Of a stretch of DNA of 64,000 bases, positions 9,318-18,787 are shown piece after piece. The DNA comes from an uncultured Gemmobacter sp. (lineage in GTDB: Bacteria; Pseudomonadota; Alphaproteobacteria; Rhodobacterales; Rhodobacteraceae). The notes beneath the pieces are model-generated. The model was not told where the DNA came from and made no database searches. It worked only from the letters and a program-made list of their open reading frames with translations. Position 1 is the stretch's first letter; each line of letters starts with the position of its first letter. The stretch is from positions 67,944 to 131,943 of the forward strand of contig CAYYJB010000001.1 of the NCBI GenBank assembly GCA_964472135.1, written 5' to 3'. The position numbers were made by a program, and so were the translations under genes.

Positions 9318-10114
9318 CGCAGCGCTGCCGCGTCGCTGAGCCAGGGTGCCACTGCCGCCTCGAAGGCGGCGGGATCCTCCATGTTCGGCACATGCGCGAG
9401 GCCCGGCAGAAAGACCGCCTGCGCGTCGGGCGTCGCGGCGGCCATCGCCTCCATCGCCGCACGCGGGGCGCCCATGTCCTCGGCGCCGCCCAGATAGCGC
9501 ACGGGGCGCGACATCCGCGGCAGGTGGCGCAGGTAATCGAGGCCCTTGAGCGCCGCCGCGCAGCCCGCATAGCCCGCGATCGGCGTCGCGAGGATCATCG
9601 CAGCCGCGCGCTCGCGCGCCGCGGGCGGACAGGCCGGGGTGAACCAGCGCGCGAGCGTGCCCTCGAGGATCGCCGCCATGCCGCCCGCGCGAATCGCCGC
9701 GATCCGGTCGTCCCAGCTTGCCACGAAGGGGGGCGGGGCATCGGCGCGCGCGTCGCACACGATCAGCGTCCCGACGCGCCCCGGATGCCCGAGCCCGAGC
9801 CCCAGCGCCGTCATCCCGCCAAGCGAAAGCCCCATCACGTCAGCCCGCGCCGCGCCGACATGGTCGAGAATCGCGACCATGTCCGCGACCAGCATCGCGA
9901 AGTCATACGCGCCCTCGGGCGCCTCCGATCCGCCGTGGCCGCGCGTGTCATAGCGCAACACGCGGTGTGTTCGGGTCAGCAGCCCGATCTGGTCGTCCCA
10001 CATGCGCAAATCGGCCGCGAGCGAGTTCGACAGCAAGAGCCACGGCTTGCCTGCCGCACCATCGACGCGGAACGCCAGCCGCGCGCCGGCCGCCTGAACG
10101 TGCCCCGTCGTCAT
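9314..10114 (-). CDS. alpha/beta-fold hydrolase (3-oxoadipate enol-lactonase-like)
   Basis: 266 aa. Nucleophile elbow GLSLGG. Overall PcaD-like sequence (LLLSNSLAADLRMWD). 4-nt overlap with the upstream LLM gene. Confidence 0.85.
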   Translation of the reverse strand: MTTGHVQAAGARLAFRVDGAAGKPWLLLSNSLAADLRMWDDQIGLLTRTHRVLRYDTRGHGGSEAPEGAYDFAMLVADMVAILDHVGAARADVMGLSLGGMTALGLGLGHPGRVGTLIVCDARADAPPPFVASWDDRIAAIRAGGMAAILEGTLARWFTPACPPAARERAAAMILATPIAGYAGCAAALKGLDYLRHLPRMSRPVRYLGGAEDMGAPRAAMEAMAAATPDAQAVFLPGLAHVPNMEDPAAFEAAVAPWLSDAAALR

Positions 10115-11214
10115 TCCGCGGCCTCGGTCATTGCGGGTCGGGCATCGATGCGCGGCAGGACCTTCTCGGCCAGAAGCACCATCGACCGTCGCGCCAGCGC
10201 CGGATCGGCCCAGTCGTGCCCGGCATAAAGGAGCGTGCCGAAATCGCCGACCGAATCGCGGAATGCTGCAACCTCGTCCGCGACCTTGTCGGGCGTCCCC
10301 CAGATCACCAGACGGTCGAGGACATGCTCGAGCGTCACCTCGCTGTCGGGCATCGACTGGTCTTCCTTGAAGAGGTTGGCGCGGCCGTTCTTCACGAGCT
10401 TCGTCAGAAGCTGCTTGTAATAGAAGACATAGGGCGACTGCGGATCGCGGGCATAGGCGCGCGCGGTCGCGAGGTCATCGGCGACGAAGATCGACTTCGC
10501 CACCCGCCAGTTCGACAGATCGCCCGGCCGCCCGCCCTGCGCGCAGCCCTCGAGATAGCTGTCCTTGTGGGTCGCAACCCACTTGGGCATCAGGAAGTTC
10601 GCGCTGATCGGATCCCAGCCCCGCGCCGCCGCCGCCGCCACCCCCTTGGAGAAGGGCGCGACCGCCGTGACGACGATCGGCGGGTGCGGCCGCTGCAGCG
10701 GCTTGCCCACGATCCCCTGCCCGATCTGCGGCAGATGCGTGCGCTCGGTCGTGATCTTCCAGAACTTCCCTTCGAGATTGTAGGGCGCCTCGGTCGTCCA
10801 GAGCGCGAGAACCATGTCGATGGCCTCGAGGAACATCGCGTTGCGGTCATTGCCAAGATTGCCGAAGATCTCGGCATCCGACAAAAGCCCGCCGGGCGAG
10901 ATCCCGAAGATGAGCCGCCCGTCCATCAGGTGATCGAGCATCGCGATCTGGCCGGCGACATGCGCGGGGTGCGAGTTGGGCAGGTTCACCGTGCCCGTGC
11001 CGATCCGCATCTGCCTCAGCCGCCCGGCAAGCGAGGCGATGAAGAGGGCCGACGAGGTGATGTTCTCGGCCAGATCGGTGACATGCTCGCCGACATAGGC
11101 CTCGGCGAAGCCAAGTTCATCTGCCAGCAGGAACGCGTCCTGATCCTCGCGCAGGCACTGGCGCCAGTCCTTGTCGATCGGGTGGATCGGCATGGTAAAG
11201 AATCCGGCCTTCAT
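10111..11214 (-). CDS. LLM-class (luciferase-like) flavin-dependent monooxygenase
   Basis: 367 aa from ATG 11212-11214 (MKAGFFTMP...). LLM-fold sequence resembling the LimB/alkanal monooxygenase group. A flavin reductase gene lies nearby at 12372. Confidence 0.85.
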   Translation of the reverse strand: MKAGFFTMPIHPIDKDWRQCLREDQDAFLLADELGFAEAYVGEHVTDLAENITSSALFIASLAGRLRQMRIGTGTVNLPNSHPAHVAGQIAMLDHLMDGRLIFGISPGGLLSDAEIFGNLGNDRNAMFLEAIDMVLALWTTEAPYNLEGKFWKITTERTHLPQIGQGIVGKPLQRPHPPIVVTAVAPFSKGVAAAAARGWDPISANFLMPKWVATHKDSYLEGCAQGGRPGDLSNWRVAKSIFVADDLATARAYARDPQSPYVFYYKQLLTKLVKNGRANLFKEDQSMPDSEVTLEHVLDRLVIWGTPDKVADEVAAFRDSVGDFGTLLYAGHDWADPALARRSMVLLAEKVLPRIDARPAMTEAAE

Positions 11215-11318
11215 CTTGTCACCTCGCACGCAGGGTTTCGGGCGGCCGTGCCGCCGCCATGGGCGTGAGATAGCGCGCCACGGACTTCAACGGAAATGAT
11301 GATCTCTGATATTGCCGA

Positions 11319-12272
11319 TCAGGTTTCCGGCTGGCCCGGGCGCGCGGCCCGCCCCTCGGCGATGATGCGCGACCAGCGGGCGTCGCTCTCGGCGTGGGCG
11401 ATCCGGAGGCGGTCGAGGAAGGCGCGCGCGGCGGGCGAAAGGGCGCGTGTCGCGGGCGAGATCAGCGCATAGCTCACGCTCAGCGCAGGATCCACGATCG
11501 GGTGCAGCCAGCGTTCCGCCCCTGCCAGATCCGCCGAGCAGATCGTCGCGGGCAGGATCGTGGCATAATCCGACCGCGCCACGAAATCGAGCGTCGCGAT
11601 CATCGCGTCCATGTCGAGCGTCGCCGCGGGCACGAGACCCGATTCGGCGAAGGCTGCATCGAGCCTGTCGCGCCGCGCGTTGCCGCGCAGAGGCAGCACG
11701 AGTTTCATCGACGCGATTTCGGCCAGCGCCACGGGCGCGAGATGGGCGCGCGATCCGCCCGCCCGGGTCACGAGGATCTCGCGGTCGCGTCCGAAGGGTT
11801 CGATCCGCAACCCGTCGCGCGTCACCGGATGGGGCACCACCGCAAAGTCGAGTTCCGCCGCCGCCACCATGTCGACCAGAAGCGCGCTATAGCCCTCGAT
11901 CACCCGCAGCGTCACGTCCGGATGGTCGGCGATGAGGTCCGTCAGCACCGGCGCCAGCACGCCCCGCGTGAAGGTCGGCATCAGCCCGACCGCGAGCGGC
12001 CCGGACACCCGCCCTGACAGGTTGCGCAGATCCTGCTCGGCTGCATCGAGACGATGCAGGATCTCAACCGCCACGCCATAAAGATGCCGCCCCGCCTCGG
12101 TCGGGGTGACCCCGCGCGCCGATCGGTCGAAGAGGCGCAACCCCAGCCTGTCCTCCATGTTGCGGATCTGCATCGACAGGCCCGATTGCGTCGCGGCAAG
12201 GCGTTCGGCCGCGCGGCTGAAGGATCCTTCCTCGTAGATCGCGACAAAGGCGGAGAGCTGGCGCAGGTTCAT
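11319..12272 (-). CDS. LysR-family transcriptional regulator
   Basis: N-terminal HTH MNLRQLSAFVAIYEEGSFSRAAERLAATQSGLSMQIRNME. Alternative starts at 12278 (ATG) and 12281 (GTG). Confidence 0.9.
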   Translation of the reverse strand: MNLRQLSAFVAIYEEGSFSRAAERLAATQSGLSMQIRNMEDRLGLRLFDRSARGVTPTEAGRHLYGVAVEILHRLDAAEQDLRNLSGRVSGPLAVGLMPTFTRGVLAPVLTDLIADHPDVTLRVIEGYSALLVDMVAAAELDFAVVPHPVTRDGLRIEPFGRDREILVTRAGGSRAHLAPVALAEIASMKLVLPLRGNARRDRLDAAFAESGLVPAATLDMDAMIATLDFVARSDYATILPATICSADLAGAERWLHPIVDPALSVSYALISPATRALSPAARAFLDRLRIAHAESDARWSRIIAEGRAARPGQPET

Positions 12273-12285
12273 GGGCATCACTCTG

Positions 12286-12325
12286 GGTGATATGGGCGAA
12301 TAGAAAGTATTGTTTTTCCTAAAGC
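12286..12325. promoter_or_regulatory. AT-rich divergent promoter region (possible LysR box)
   Basis: GGTGATATGGGCGAATAGAAAGTATTGTTTTTCCTAAAG lies between the LysR gene and the flavin reductase gene. It contains the imperfect dyad AATAG-N3-GTATT. No second copy was found to corroborate it. Confidence 0.3.
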
Positions 12326-12371
12326 CTGTCAGCCCCTATCTGAGGATCGCAGCACGCGTGCGGAGGCCCCG

Positions 12372-12890
12372 ATGAATGCGCTGAACGACATCAGATCGCC
12401 CTCGGGGGCGTCCCAGGTGACACCGCAACGCTTCCGCGATGTGCTTGGTGCCTTTGCGACGGGCGTCACCATCATGACGGCGCGCGGCCCGGACGGTGCG
12501 CGCGTCGGGTGCACGGCCTCGTCCTTCAACACCGTCTCGCTCGAACCGCCGCTGGTGTTGTGGTCGCTCGGGCTGCGCGCCGCTTCGCTCGCGGTCTTTC
12601 GCGCGACCGATCACTTCGGCGTCAGCATCCTCGCCGAGGATCAGCGCGATCTCGCTCTGCACTTCGCCCGCCCGGCCGAGGACAAGTTCGCCGGCATCGC
12701 CATTCGCGAGGGGTCGCATGGCGTGCCGCTCATCTCCGGCGCGCTGGCGCATCTCGAATGCAGGATCGTCGCCCGCTACGCGGGGGGAGACCACGAGATC
12801 ATGCTCGGCGAGGTGCTCGATCTCGAGCGGCGCGATGGCGCCCCGCTCGTCTATCATCGCGGTGGCTTCCACGGTTTGCGCGGCCTCTGA
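12372..12890 (+). CDS. flavin reductase-family protein (HpaC/RutF-like NAD(P)H:flavin oxidoreductase)
   Basis: 172 aa. FRDVLGAFATGVTIMTA motif. RBS GGAGG 7 nt upstream. Confidence 0.9.
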   Translation: MNALNDIRSPSGASQVTPQRFRDVLGAFATGVTIMTARGPDGARVGCTASSFNTVSLEPPLVLWSLGLRAASLAVFRATDHFGVSILAEDQRDLALHFARPAEDKFAGIAIREGSHGVPLISGALAHLECRIVARYAGGDHEIMLGEVLDLERRDGAPLVYHRGGFHGLRGL

Positions 12891-12892
12891 GG

Positions 12893-13309
12893 TCAGAGCG
12901 GCAGCGGCGCGTTCGCGCTGCGCTTGTCCTCGACGGTGGTAAAGGTCAGCACCGTCTCACCGATGTTCTCGAGATCGTGGGTCATGCTCTCGCCCGGGCC
13001 GAAGGCCATGTGGCGCGTCAGGCCGGTGTGATAGTCCATCTCGGTCACGCTGCCGTCCGGGCGGCGGGAACGGGCGCGCCCTTCGGAGGTCGCGACCCAG
13101 AAATAGTCGAGCACATGGGTGTGAAAACCTAGCCGCGCGCCGGGTTCGAGCGCGATGAGCCAGACGCGATAGCGATCGGTCTCGGACACGAGCGTGCTGC
13201 CCACGCGACCGTTGCGCGCCGCCGCGCGGGCTTCGGCTGCGAGGGGGGCGCTCCAGTGCGGGCGGCCGGCGAGATCGGCCGGCGTTTCGGCGGGGGCGGG
13301 CAGATCCAT
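12893..13309 (-). CDS. cupin-domain protein
   Basis: 138 aa. Cupin motif GARLGFHTHVLDYFWVATSEG. Convergent with the flavin reductase gene. Confidence 0.7.
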   Translation of the reverse strand: MDLPAPAETPADLAGRPHWSAPLAAEARAAARNGRVGSTLVSETDRYRVWLIALEPGARLGFHTHVLDYFWVATSEGRARSRRPDGSVTEMDYHTGLTRHMAFGPGESMTHDLENIGETVLTFTTVEDKRSANAPLPL

Positions 13310-13351
13310 CGCGACTCTCCTGTGCTTGTGCCGGATACGGGTCCGAGGCTA

Positions 13352-13370
13352 TTTATAGGACGATAAACAA
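13352..13370. promoter_or_regulatory. candidate TetR operator, site 1 (TTTATAGGACGATAAACAA)
   Basis: Inverted repeat TTTAT-N6-ATAAA. 15 of 19 positions are identical to the reverse complement of 15586-15604. Centred between the divergent starts at 13309 and 13412. Confidence 0.55.
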
Positions 13371-13411
13371 CGCGAGGCGAGTCCTTGCCGCGCGCGACGG
13401 AAAGGGCAGGA

Positions 13412-14608
13412 ATGGGCGGCAGGGCAATCATCGCGGGCGGATCGATCGGCGGGCTTTTCGCGGCCGCCATGCTGCGCCGTGCGGGGTGGGAGGTGATCGT
13501 CCTCGAACGCGCCCGGGCTGAGCTGGCCGGACGCGGCGCCGGGATCGTGACGCATGATCTGCTCGTGCGGCTGATCGAGGCGGCGGGCGCGGATACGGCC
13601 GATCTCGGCGTGCAGGTCATGCGGCGCATCGCCTTCGACATGTCGGGCGCCGTCACGGCCGAGATGCCGCTGCCGCAGGTCGTGACAAGCTGGGAGAGGG
13701 TGCATTCCTCGCTCCGCCGCCTGATGCCCGAGGGCAGCTATCGCCTCGGCCATTCCATCGCCGCGGTCGAGGATCTTGGCACCTCGGTCCGCTTGCGCAC
13801 CGAGGAAGGGGCCGTCGTCGAGGGCGACATCGCGATCGGGGCGGATGGTTTCCGCTCGGCGGTGCGCGCAGGGGTCGCGCCCGGCACGGCGCCCGAGTGG
13901 TCGGGCTATGTTGTCTGGCGCGCGCTGGCGACCGAGGCCGACCTGCCCGCGCACATCCGGCGCGACGTGTTCGAGCATTTCGCCTTCTTTATGCCCGCCG
14001 GGTCGCAGATCCTGACCTATCCCATCGCGGGCCCCGACAACGACCTGCGCCCCGGTCACCGGCGGCTGAACCTCGTGTGGTATCTGCCCGTTCGGCCCGA
14101 GGCGCTCGACGACATGCTGACCGACGCCGAGGGCCGCCGCCACGACATGACGATCCCGCCCCCCCTGATCCGCGACGAGGTGCTCGGGGCGATGATGGAG
14201 TCCGCGCGCGCGCGTCTGGCGCGGCCCTTCGTCGAGATCCTCGAACACGCCGAGCGGCCCTTCTTCACGCCGATCTACGACCATCTCGCGCCCGTCTTCG
14301 CCCGGGGACGGATCGCGCTTGCCGGCGATGCGGCCTCGGTCGCGCGACCCCATGTCGGGATGGGCGTCACCAAGGCCGCCGCGGATGCCGAGGCTCTGGC
14401 CCGCCACCTCGGGCAGGCCGAGCCGGTCGCGGCCTTGCGCGCCTATTCGGCCGAACGCCACGCGGCGGCGGCGCTGGCGCATGGCGTCGGCCGCACCCTC
14501 GGGTCTTGGATCGTTTCGGGGGGCGGGCGGGACGACGGCACCGCCCACCCGCGCGAGCGGGAATTTCTGGCGCAGACCGCCGTCGTGCCCGCCCGCCCCC
14601 TTACTTGA
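13412..14608 (+). CDS. FAD-dependent aromatic-ring monooxygenase (2,6-dihydroxypyridine / 6-hydroxynicotinate hydroxylase-like)
   Basis: 398 aa from ATG 13412 with RBS AAGGGCAGG. FAD-binding fold AIIAGGSIGGLFAAAMLRRAGWEVIVLER. GDAA motif (LAGDAASVARP). Confidence 0.85.
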   Translation: MGGRAIIAGGSIGGLFAAAMLRRAGWEVIVLERARAELAGRGAGIVTHDLLVRLIEAAGADTADLGVQVMRRIAFDMSGAVTAEMPLPQVVTSWERVHSSLRRLMPEGSYRLGHSIAAVEDLGTSVRLRTEEGAVVEGDIAIGADGFRSAVRAGVAPGTAPEWSGYVVWRALATEADLPAHIRRDVFEHFAFFMPAGSQILTYPIAGPDNDLRPGHRRLNLVWYLPVRPEALDDMLTDAEGRRHDMTIPPPLIRDEVLGAMMESARARLARPFVEILEHAERPFFTPIYDHLAPVFARGRIALAGDAASVARPHVGMGVTKAAADAEALARHLGQAEPVAALRAYSAERHAAAALAHGVGRTLGSWIVSGGGRDDGTAHPREREFLAQTAVVPARPLT

Positions 14609-15554
14609 TCGCCTGCGGGTTGGCGGGCGATCCCGCCCCTCCGGGCAGGTTCAGGGGCGGCGCGCAGAAGAAGAATTCATAGACCCCGTCCGCCGCGCAA
14701 TCCTCGGCCAGTTCCTTGACATAATAGATCTCGCCCATCGCGATCCCGATGGCCGGGATCACGACCCAGTGCCAGGGCTGGTTGGCCTCGGTCGTCTCGT
14801 TCGGGCGCACCTCGCAGCCCCAGGTGTCGGCGCAGATGGCCGCGATATCCTTCTGCCGGATCCAGTAGCAGGTCTCGAAGGCAAGCCCCGGTGCGTCGCC
14901 GCCGGCGTATCCCGTCCAGTCGCCGCGCCGCAGGCACGATTCCTGATGCCCAGTGCGGACGATGACGAAATCGCCCTTGCGGATCTCCACCCCCTGCGCG
15001 GCGGCGCAGGCGTCTAGGTCGGCGTTGGTGATCGCATAGCCGAGCGGGAGCATCTCGACCCCCTTCCAGCGCGCGACATCGAGCAGCACGCCACGGCCCA
15101 CGCAGCGGTCGCGATAGTTCTCGATCCCGTTCTTGCGCGCGCCCTTGGCATCGACCAGCGTCGCCGGATAGCCATTCCACATCTTGTCATCGAGGAAGAT
15201 GTGCGCGAGCGCGTCCCACTGGGTCGAAGCCTGGCAGGGCATGTTGATCGAATCGTCGGCATAGCGCAGGAATGCGCCCACGTCCTGATTGCCCGCCGCC
15301 GCGTCCGTGCCGGTCGCGAGCATGGTGTGGATGGGGTTCCAGCGCCCGCCGAAGAGGCCCGACTGGATCTTCTGGTCGAGCGCGAGGCCGAGCGCGAAGG
15401 TCTTGCCGCGCCGGATCAGTCGCGCTGCGGCCACCACATCCTCGGGCGTGACGTTGTTGAGCGTCCCGATCTGATCATCGGGCCCCCAGCGGCCCCAGTT
15501 CGACAGCTCGCGGGCAGCCTTGTAGATCGCCTCGCGGTTCACGGTCATCGGCAT
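14601..15554 (-). CDS. cyclase-family protein (kynurenine formamidase / isatin hydrolase-like)
   Basis: 317 aa from ATG 15552-15554 (MPMTVNREA...). Putative-cyclase-family sequence. The 378-aa maximal ORF was trimmed. Confidence 0.8.
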   Translation of the reverse strand: MPMTVNREAIYKAARELSNWGRWGPDDQIGTLNNVTPEDVVAAARLIRRGKTFALGLALDQKIQSGLFGGRWNPIHTMLATGTDAAAGNQDVGAFLRYADDSINMPCQASTQWDALAHIFLDDKMWNGYPATLVDAKGARKNGIENYRDRCVGRGVLLDVARWKGVEMLPLGYAITNADLDACAAAQGVEIRKGDFVIVRTGHQESCLRRGDWTGYAGGDAPGLAFETCYWIRQKDIAAICADTWGCEVRPNETTEANQPWHWVVIPAIGIAMGEIYYVKELAEDCAADGVYEFFFCAPPLNLPGGAGSPANPQAIK

Positions 15555-15585
15555 GTCGCATCCCTCCCTCGCCGGCGCAGCGGCT

Positions 15586-15604
15586 TTGTTTATCGGATGA
15601 TAAA
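15586..15604. promoter_or_regulatory. candidate TetR operator, site 2 (TTGTTTATCGGATGATAAA)
   Basis: Contains the perfect palindrome TTTATC-N4-GATAAA. Lies 32 nt upstream of the cyclase start and 79 nt upstream of the TetR start. Confidence 0.55.
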
Positions 15605-15682
15605 AAGCACGCGCCGCCCCATCCCGCAAGAGGCCCGTGGGCGCGCGGTTGCGCGCCGCGCCCGCCCGGCCTAGGGTGGGGC

Positions 15683-16384
15683 ATGGACACGCGCGGCGAG
15701 GAACGGATGGCACCGGCGGGGCAGGGGGCCGAGGCACCCGCGCCCGCCCGCCCGCAGCGCATGCTGCCCGAGGAACGCCGGCGCGCGCTGATCGAGAAGG
15801 CGACCGACTACTTCTCCGAGGCGGGGTTCGAGGGGGGCACGCGCGAACTGGCCAAGCGCATGGGCATCACCCAGCCGCTGATCTATCGCTACTTCCCCTC
15901 GAAGGATGATCTCGTGAACGAGGTCTATCGCGCCGTCTATCTCGAGAAATGGAAGGACGACTGGGTGCACGGCCTCTGCCGGCGCGAGGTGCCGCTTGGT
16001 GAACGGCTGCTCGCCTTCTATGCAGACTATACCGCCACGGTGTTCGAGCGGCGCTGGATGCGGATCTTCTTCTTTGCCGGTCTGCGCGGGCTCGACATCA
16101 ACACCCGCTACATCGAACGTGTCCGCGCGCAGCTTCTGGTCCCGATCTGCCTGGAGGCGCGCGCGAGCTTCGGCTTCGATACGCAAGCGCCTGTCACGGA
16201 TGCGGAAATGGCGCTAGCCTGGGTCATGCACGGGGCGATCTTCTATCACGGCGTGCGCGCGGTGATCTACAACCTGCCTGACCGGACCGACCCCGGCCAC
16301 ACAGCGCGGCTGGCAGTCGCTGCCTATCTGGCCGCGGCACCGCGCACCATCGCCGACGCGCTCTCGACCCGGCCGCCGGCCTGA
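15683..16384 (+). CDS. TetR/AcrR-family transcriptional regulator
   Basis: 233 aa. HTH GTRELAKRMGITQPLIYRYFPSKDDL. RBS AGGGTGGGG. Confidence 0.9.
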   Translation: MDTRGEERMAPAGQGAEAPAPARPQRMLPEERRRALIEKATDYFSEAGFEGGTRELAKRMGITQPLIYRYFPSKDDLVNEVYRAVYLEKWKDDWVHGLCRREVPLGERLLAFYADYTATVFERRWMRIFFFAGLRGLDINTRYIERVRAQLLVPICLEARASFGFDTQAPVTDAEMALAWVMHGAIFYHGVRAVIYNLPDRTDPGHTARLAVAAYLAAAPRTIADALSTRPPA

Positions 16385-16387
16385 CGG

Positions 16388-18787
16388 TCAGGCGTCTCCC
16401 GCACCGCCCTCCGCACTTCCTCGCGCGGCCGCGATCGCCCGCAGGACCCGCGCAGGCGTCATCGGCATCTGTGCCAGATGCGCGCCGAGCGGGCGCAGCG
16501 CATCGTTCACGGCGTTCAGCACCGCCGCCGGCGCCCCTGCCGTCCCGGCCTCGCCCGCCCCCTTGGCACCAAGCGCCGAGCTGCGCGTCGGCGTGACGAC
16601 ATGCGCGATGTGGATGTCGGGCATCTCGGCCGCCATGGGCACGAGATAGTCGGCCAGGCTCGCGTTCAGAAGCTGCCCGGCCTCGTCATAGAGGCATTCC
16701 TCAAAGAGGGCGGCGCCGATCCCCTGCACGACCCCGCCCCGGATCTGTTCGTCGACCAGAAGCGGGTTGAGGATCGTGCCCACATCCTCGACCACCCAGA
16801 CATCAAGCAGGCGGATGAACCCCGTCTCGGCATCGACTTCGACATGGGCCGCCATCGCGCCATTCGAATAGACGAAGGGCTGGTCGGTGACGCGATAGTG
16901 CCGTGTCGCCACGAGTTCGGGCGCAAGCCCCGGCGGCAATTCGTTGCCCCGGTAATAGACCATCCGCGCCAGATCCTGCAGCGACAGGCGCGCCGCCCCG
17001 GTCGCGTCGGCGACATGGCCATCGCGCAGCGCGAGGCGCTCGGGCGGGGTTTGCAGGATCGTGCCCGCGACCTCCAGGATCTGCCCGGCCAAGGCGCGCG
17101 CGGCCTGCAGCACCGCCTCGCCCCCGATCCCCGCCCCGCGCGAAGCCCATGTCCCGCCGCCGTGGGGGGCGGTCATCGTGTCGCCCGTGCTGACGGCGAT
17201 GCGCCCTGCAGGCACCGAGAGCACCTCGGCCGCGATCTGCGCCAGCACCGTGTCGGTGCCCTGTCCCTGCTCGGTGACCGAGGCCGCAAGGTGGATGTCG
17301 CCGCCGGGATTGAGCCGCACCGTCGCGCCGTCCTGCGCCGCGATGGGCGCCCCGCCGACGCCATAGAACATCGGCGACGGGTTCGTGATCTCGACCATCA
17401 TCGCAAGGCCCACGCCGCGCAGGACGCCGCGCGCGCGCGCCTCGGCCTGCTCGGCCCTCAGCCGGTCATAGCCCATCAGCCGGCGCAACTCCGCAAGGCA
17501 GCGCTCGTGGCTGAGGTCGGCAAAGCGCAGGCCCTGCGGCGAGGTTGCCGGATAGCTGTCGTCGCGCCGGATGTTGAGGGCACGCAGCACCGCCGGGTCG
17601 CGCCCCGTCCGTGCCGCAAGATCGTCGATCAGCGCCTCCATCACCGCCATCGCGACGGGGTGGCCCACGGCCCGATACTGGCACATCGGCGCCTTGTTGA
17701 GGAACGCGATCCTGAGCCGCGCGCGATAGGCGGGCAGATCGTAGGGCGCGCCGATCAGGTTCACGACCTGGTTGCCCTCGATCCCCGAGGATCGCGGATA
17801 GACCGAATAGGGGCCGATCCCGGTCAGATCGTCGATCTCGACCGCGGTCAGGCGGCCGTCCGCGTCGACTGCGGCGCGCGCGCGCAGGGTGTGGGCGCGC
17901 GCGTGGATGTCCGAGGCGAAGCTCTCGAAGCGGTCGGCCACGAACTTGACCGGACGGCCCAGCCGGCGCGCGGCGACCGCGCAGGCGATCTCGTCGCCAT
18001 AGGTGTGGATCTTGATCCCGAAGGATCCGCCCACATCCTCGGAGATGACCCGCACCTGCTCTTCGTTCAGGCCGAGGTGGCGGGCAAGGACGGCCTGCAT
18101 CATGTGCGGCACCTGCCCCGAATAGTGCAGGGTCAGCCGGCCGTCGCCCGCGTCCCAGTCATAGAGGCAACTGCGCGGTTCGAGCGTGACGCCCGTGTGG
18201 CGGGCGAAATCGAAGTGCCGCTCGGCCACGGCGGCGGCCGTGGCGAAGGCGCCATCGACATCGCCGACCTCGATCCGCCGCTCGAGGCAGAGGTTCGAGC
18301 CGAGCGCGGGATGGATCGCCGCCGCCCCGGGCGCAAGCGCCGCCTCGGGGTCCGTGACGGGGTCGAGCGGGTCGAGATCGGCCTCGATCAGGGCGACGGC
18401 GTCCTCGGCCTCGGCGCGGCTGCGGGCAAGCACGATGGCGAGCGGCTCACCCTGCCAATGCGTCGTGCCATGCGCGAGCGCGGGCTGCGGCGCCGAGCGC
18501 ATCCCCGCAAGGTGGGTGAGGACCCCCACGAAGGGCGCGACCTCTGCCGCGATCTCGGCCCCGTCCCATACCGCCACCACGCCCGCCGCCGCCCGTGCCG
18601 CCGCAAGGTCGATGCCGCGGATGCGCGCATGTGCGTAGGGTGAGCGCAGAAAGGCCGCATGCACCATCCGCGGGGGCGTGCGATCATCGACAAAGCGCCC
18701 GCGTCCGATCAGCAACCGCCGCGCGTTGGGCCGCGCCAGCGCGGCCCCGATCCCGCCCGCCGGCCTGTCGAACCGCCCCAGCGTCAT
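16388..18787 (-). CDS. xanthine dehydrogenase-family molybdopterin-binding large subunit (CoxL-like, not CODH)
   Basis: 799 aa from ATG 18785-18787. ATGA overlap with the small subunit. The active-site loop reads PMCQYRAVGHP rather than the CODH VAYRCSFR. Confidence 0.9.
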   Translation of the reverse strand: MTLGRFDRPAGGIGAALARPNARRLLIGRGRFVDDRTPPRMVHAAFLRSPYAHARIRGIDLAAARAAAGVVAVWDGAEIAAEVAPFVGVLTHLAGMRSAPQPALAHGTTHWQGEPLAIVLARSRAEAEDAVALIEADLDPLDPVTDPEAALAPGAAAIHPALGSNLCLERRIEVGDVDGAFATAAAVAERHFDFARHTGVTLEPRSCLYDWDAGDGRLTLHYSGQVPHMMQAVLARHLGLNEEQVRVISEDVGGSFGIKIHTYGDEIACAVAARRLGRPVKFVADRFESFASDIHARAHTLRARAAVDADGRLTAVEIDDLTGIGPYSVYPRSSGIEGNQVVNLIGAPYDLPAYRARLRIAFLNKAPMCQYRAVGHPVAMAVMEALIDDLAARTGRDPAVLRALNIRRDDSYPATSPQGLRFADLSHERCLAELRRLMGYDRLRAEQAEARARGVLRGVGLAMMVEITNPSPMFYGVGGAPIAAQDGATVRLNPGGDIHLAASVTEQGQGTDTVLAQIAAEVLSVPAGRIAVSTGDTMTAPHGGGTWASRGAGIGGEAVLQAARALAGQILEVAGTILQTPPERLALRDGHVADATGAARLSLQDLARMVYYRGNELPPGLAPELVATRHYRVTDQPFVYSNGAMAAHVEVDAETGFIRLLDVWVVEDVGTILNPLLVDEQIRGGVVQGIGAALFEECLYDEAGQLLNASLADYLVPMAAEMPDIHIAHVVTPTRSSALGAKGAGEAGTAGAPAAVLNAVNDALRPLGAHLAQMPMTPARVLRAIAAARGSAEGGAGDA

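Noticed and set aside
12287-12294. A third GGTGATAT occurrence, in the LysR/flavin-reductase intergenic region, as another GntR operator
   Set aside because: Only 8 nt are shared and the palindromic half is missing. A single 8-mer match is within chance expectation for a window of this size.
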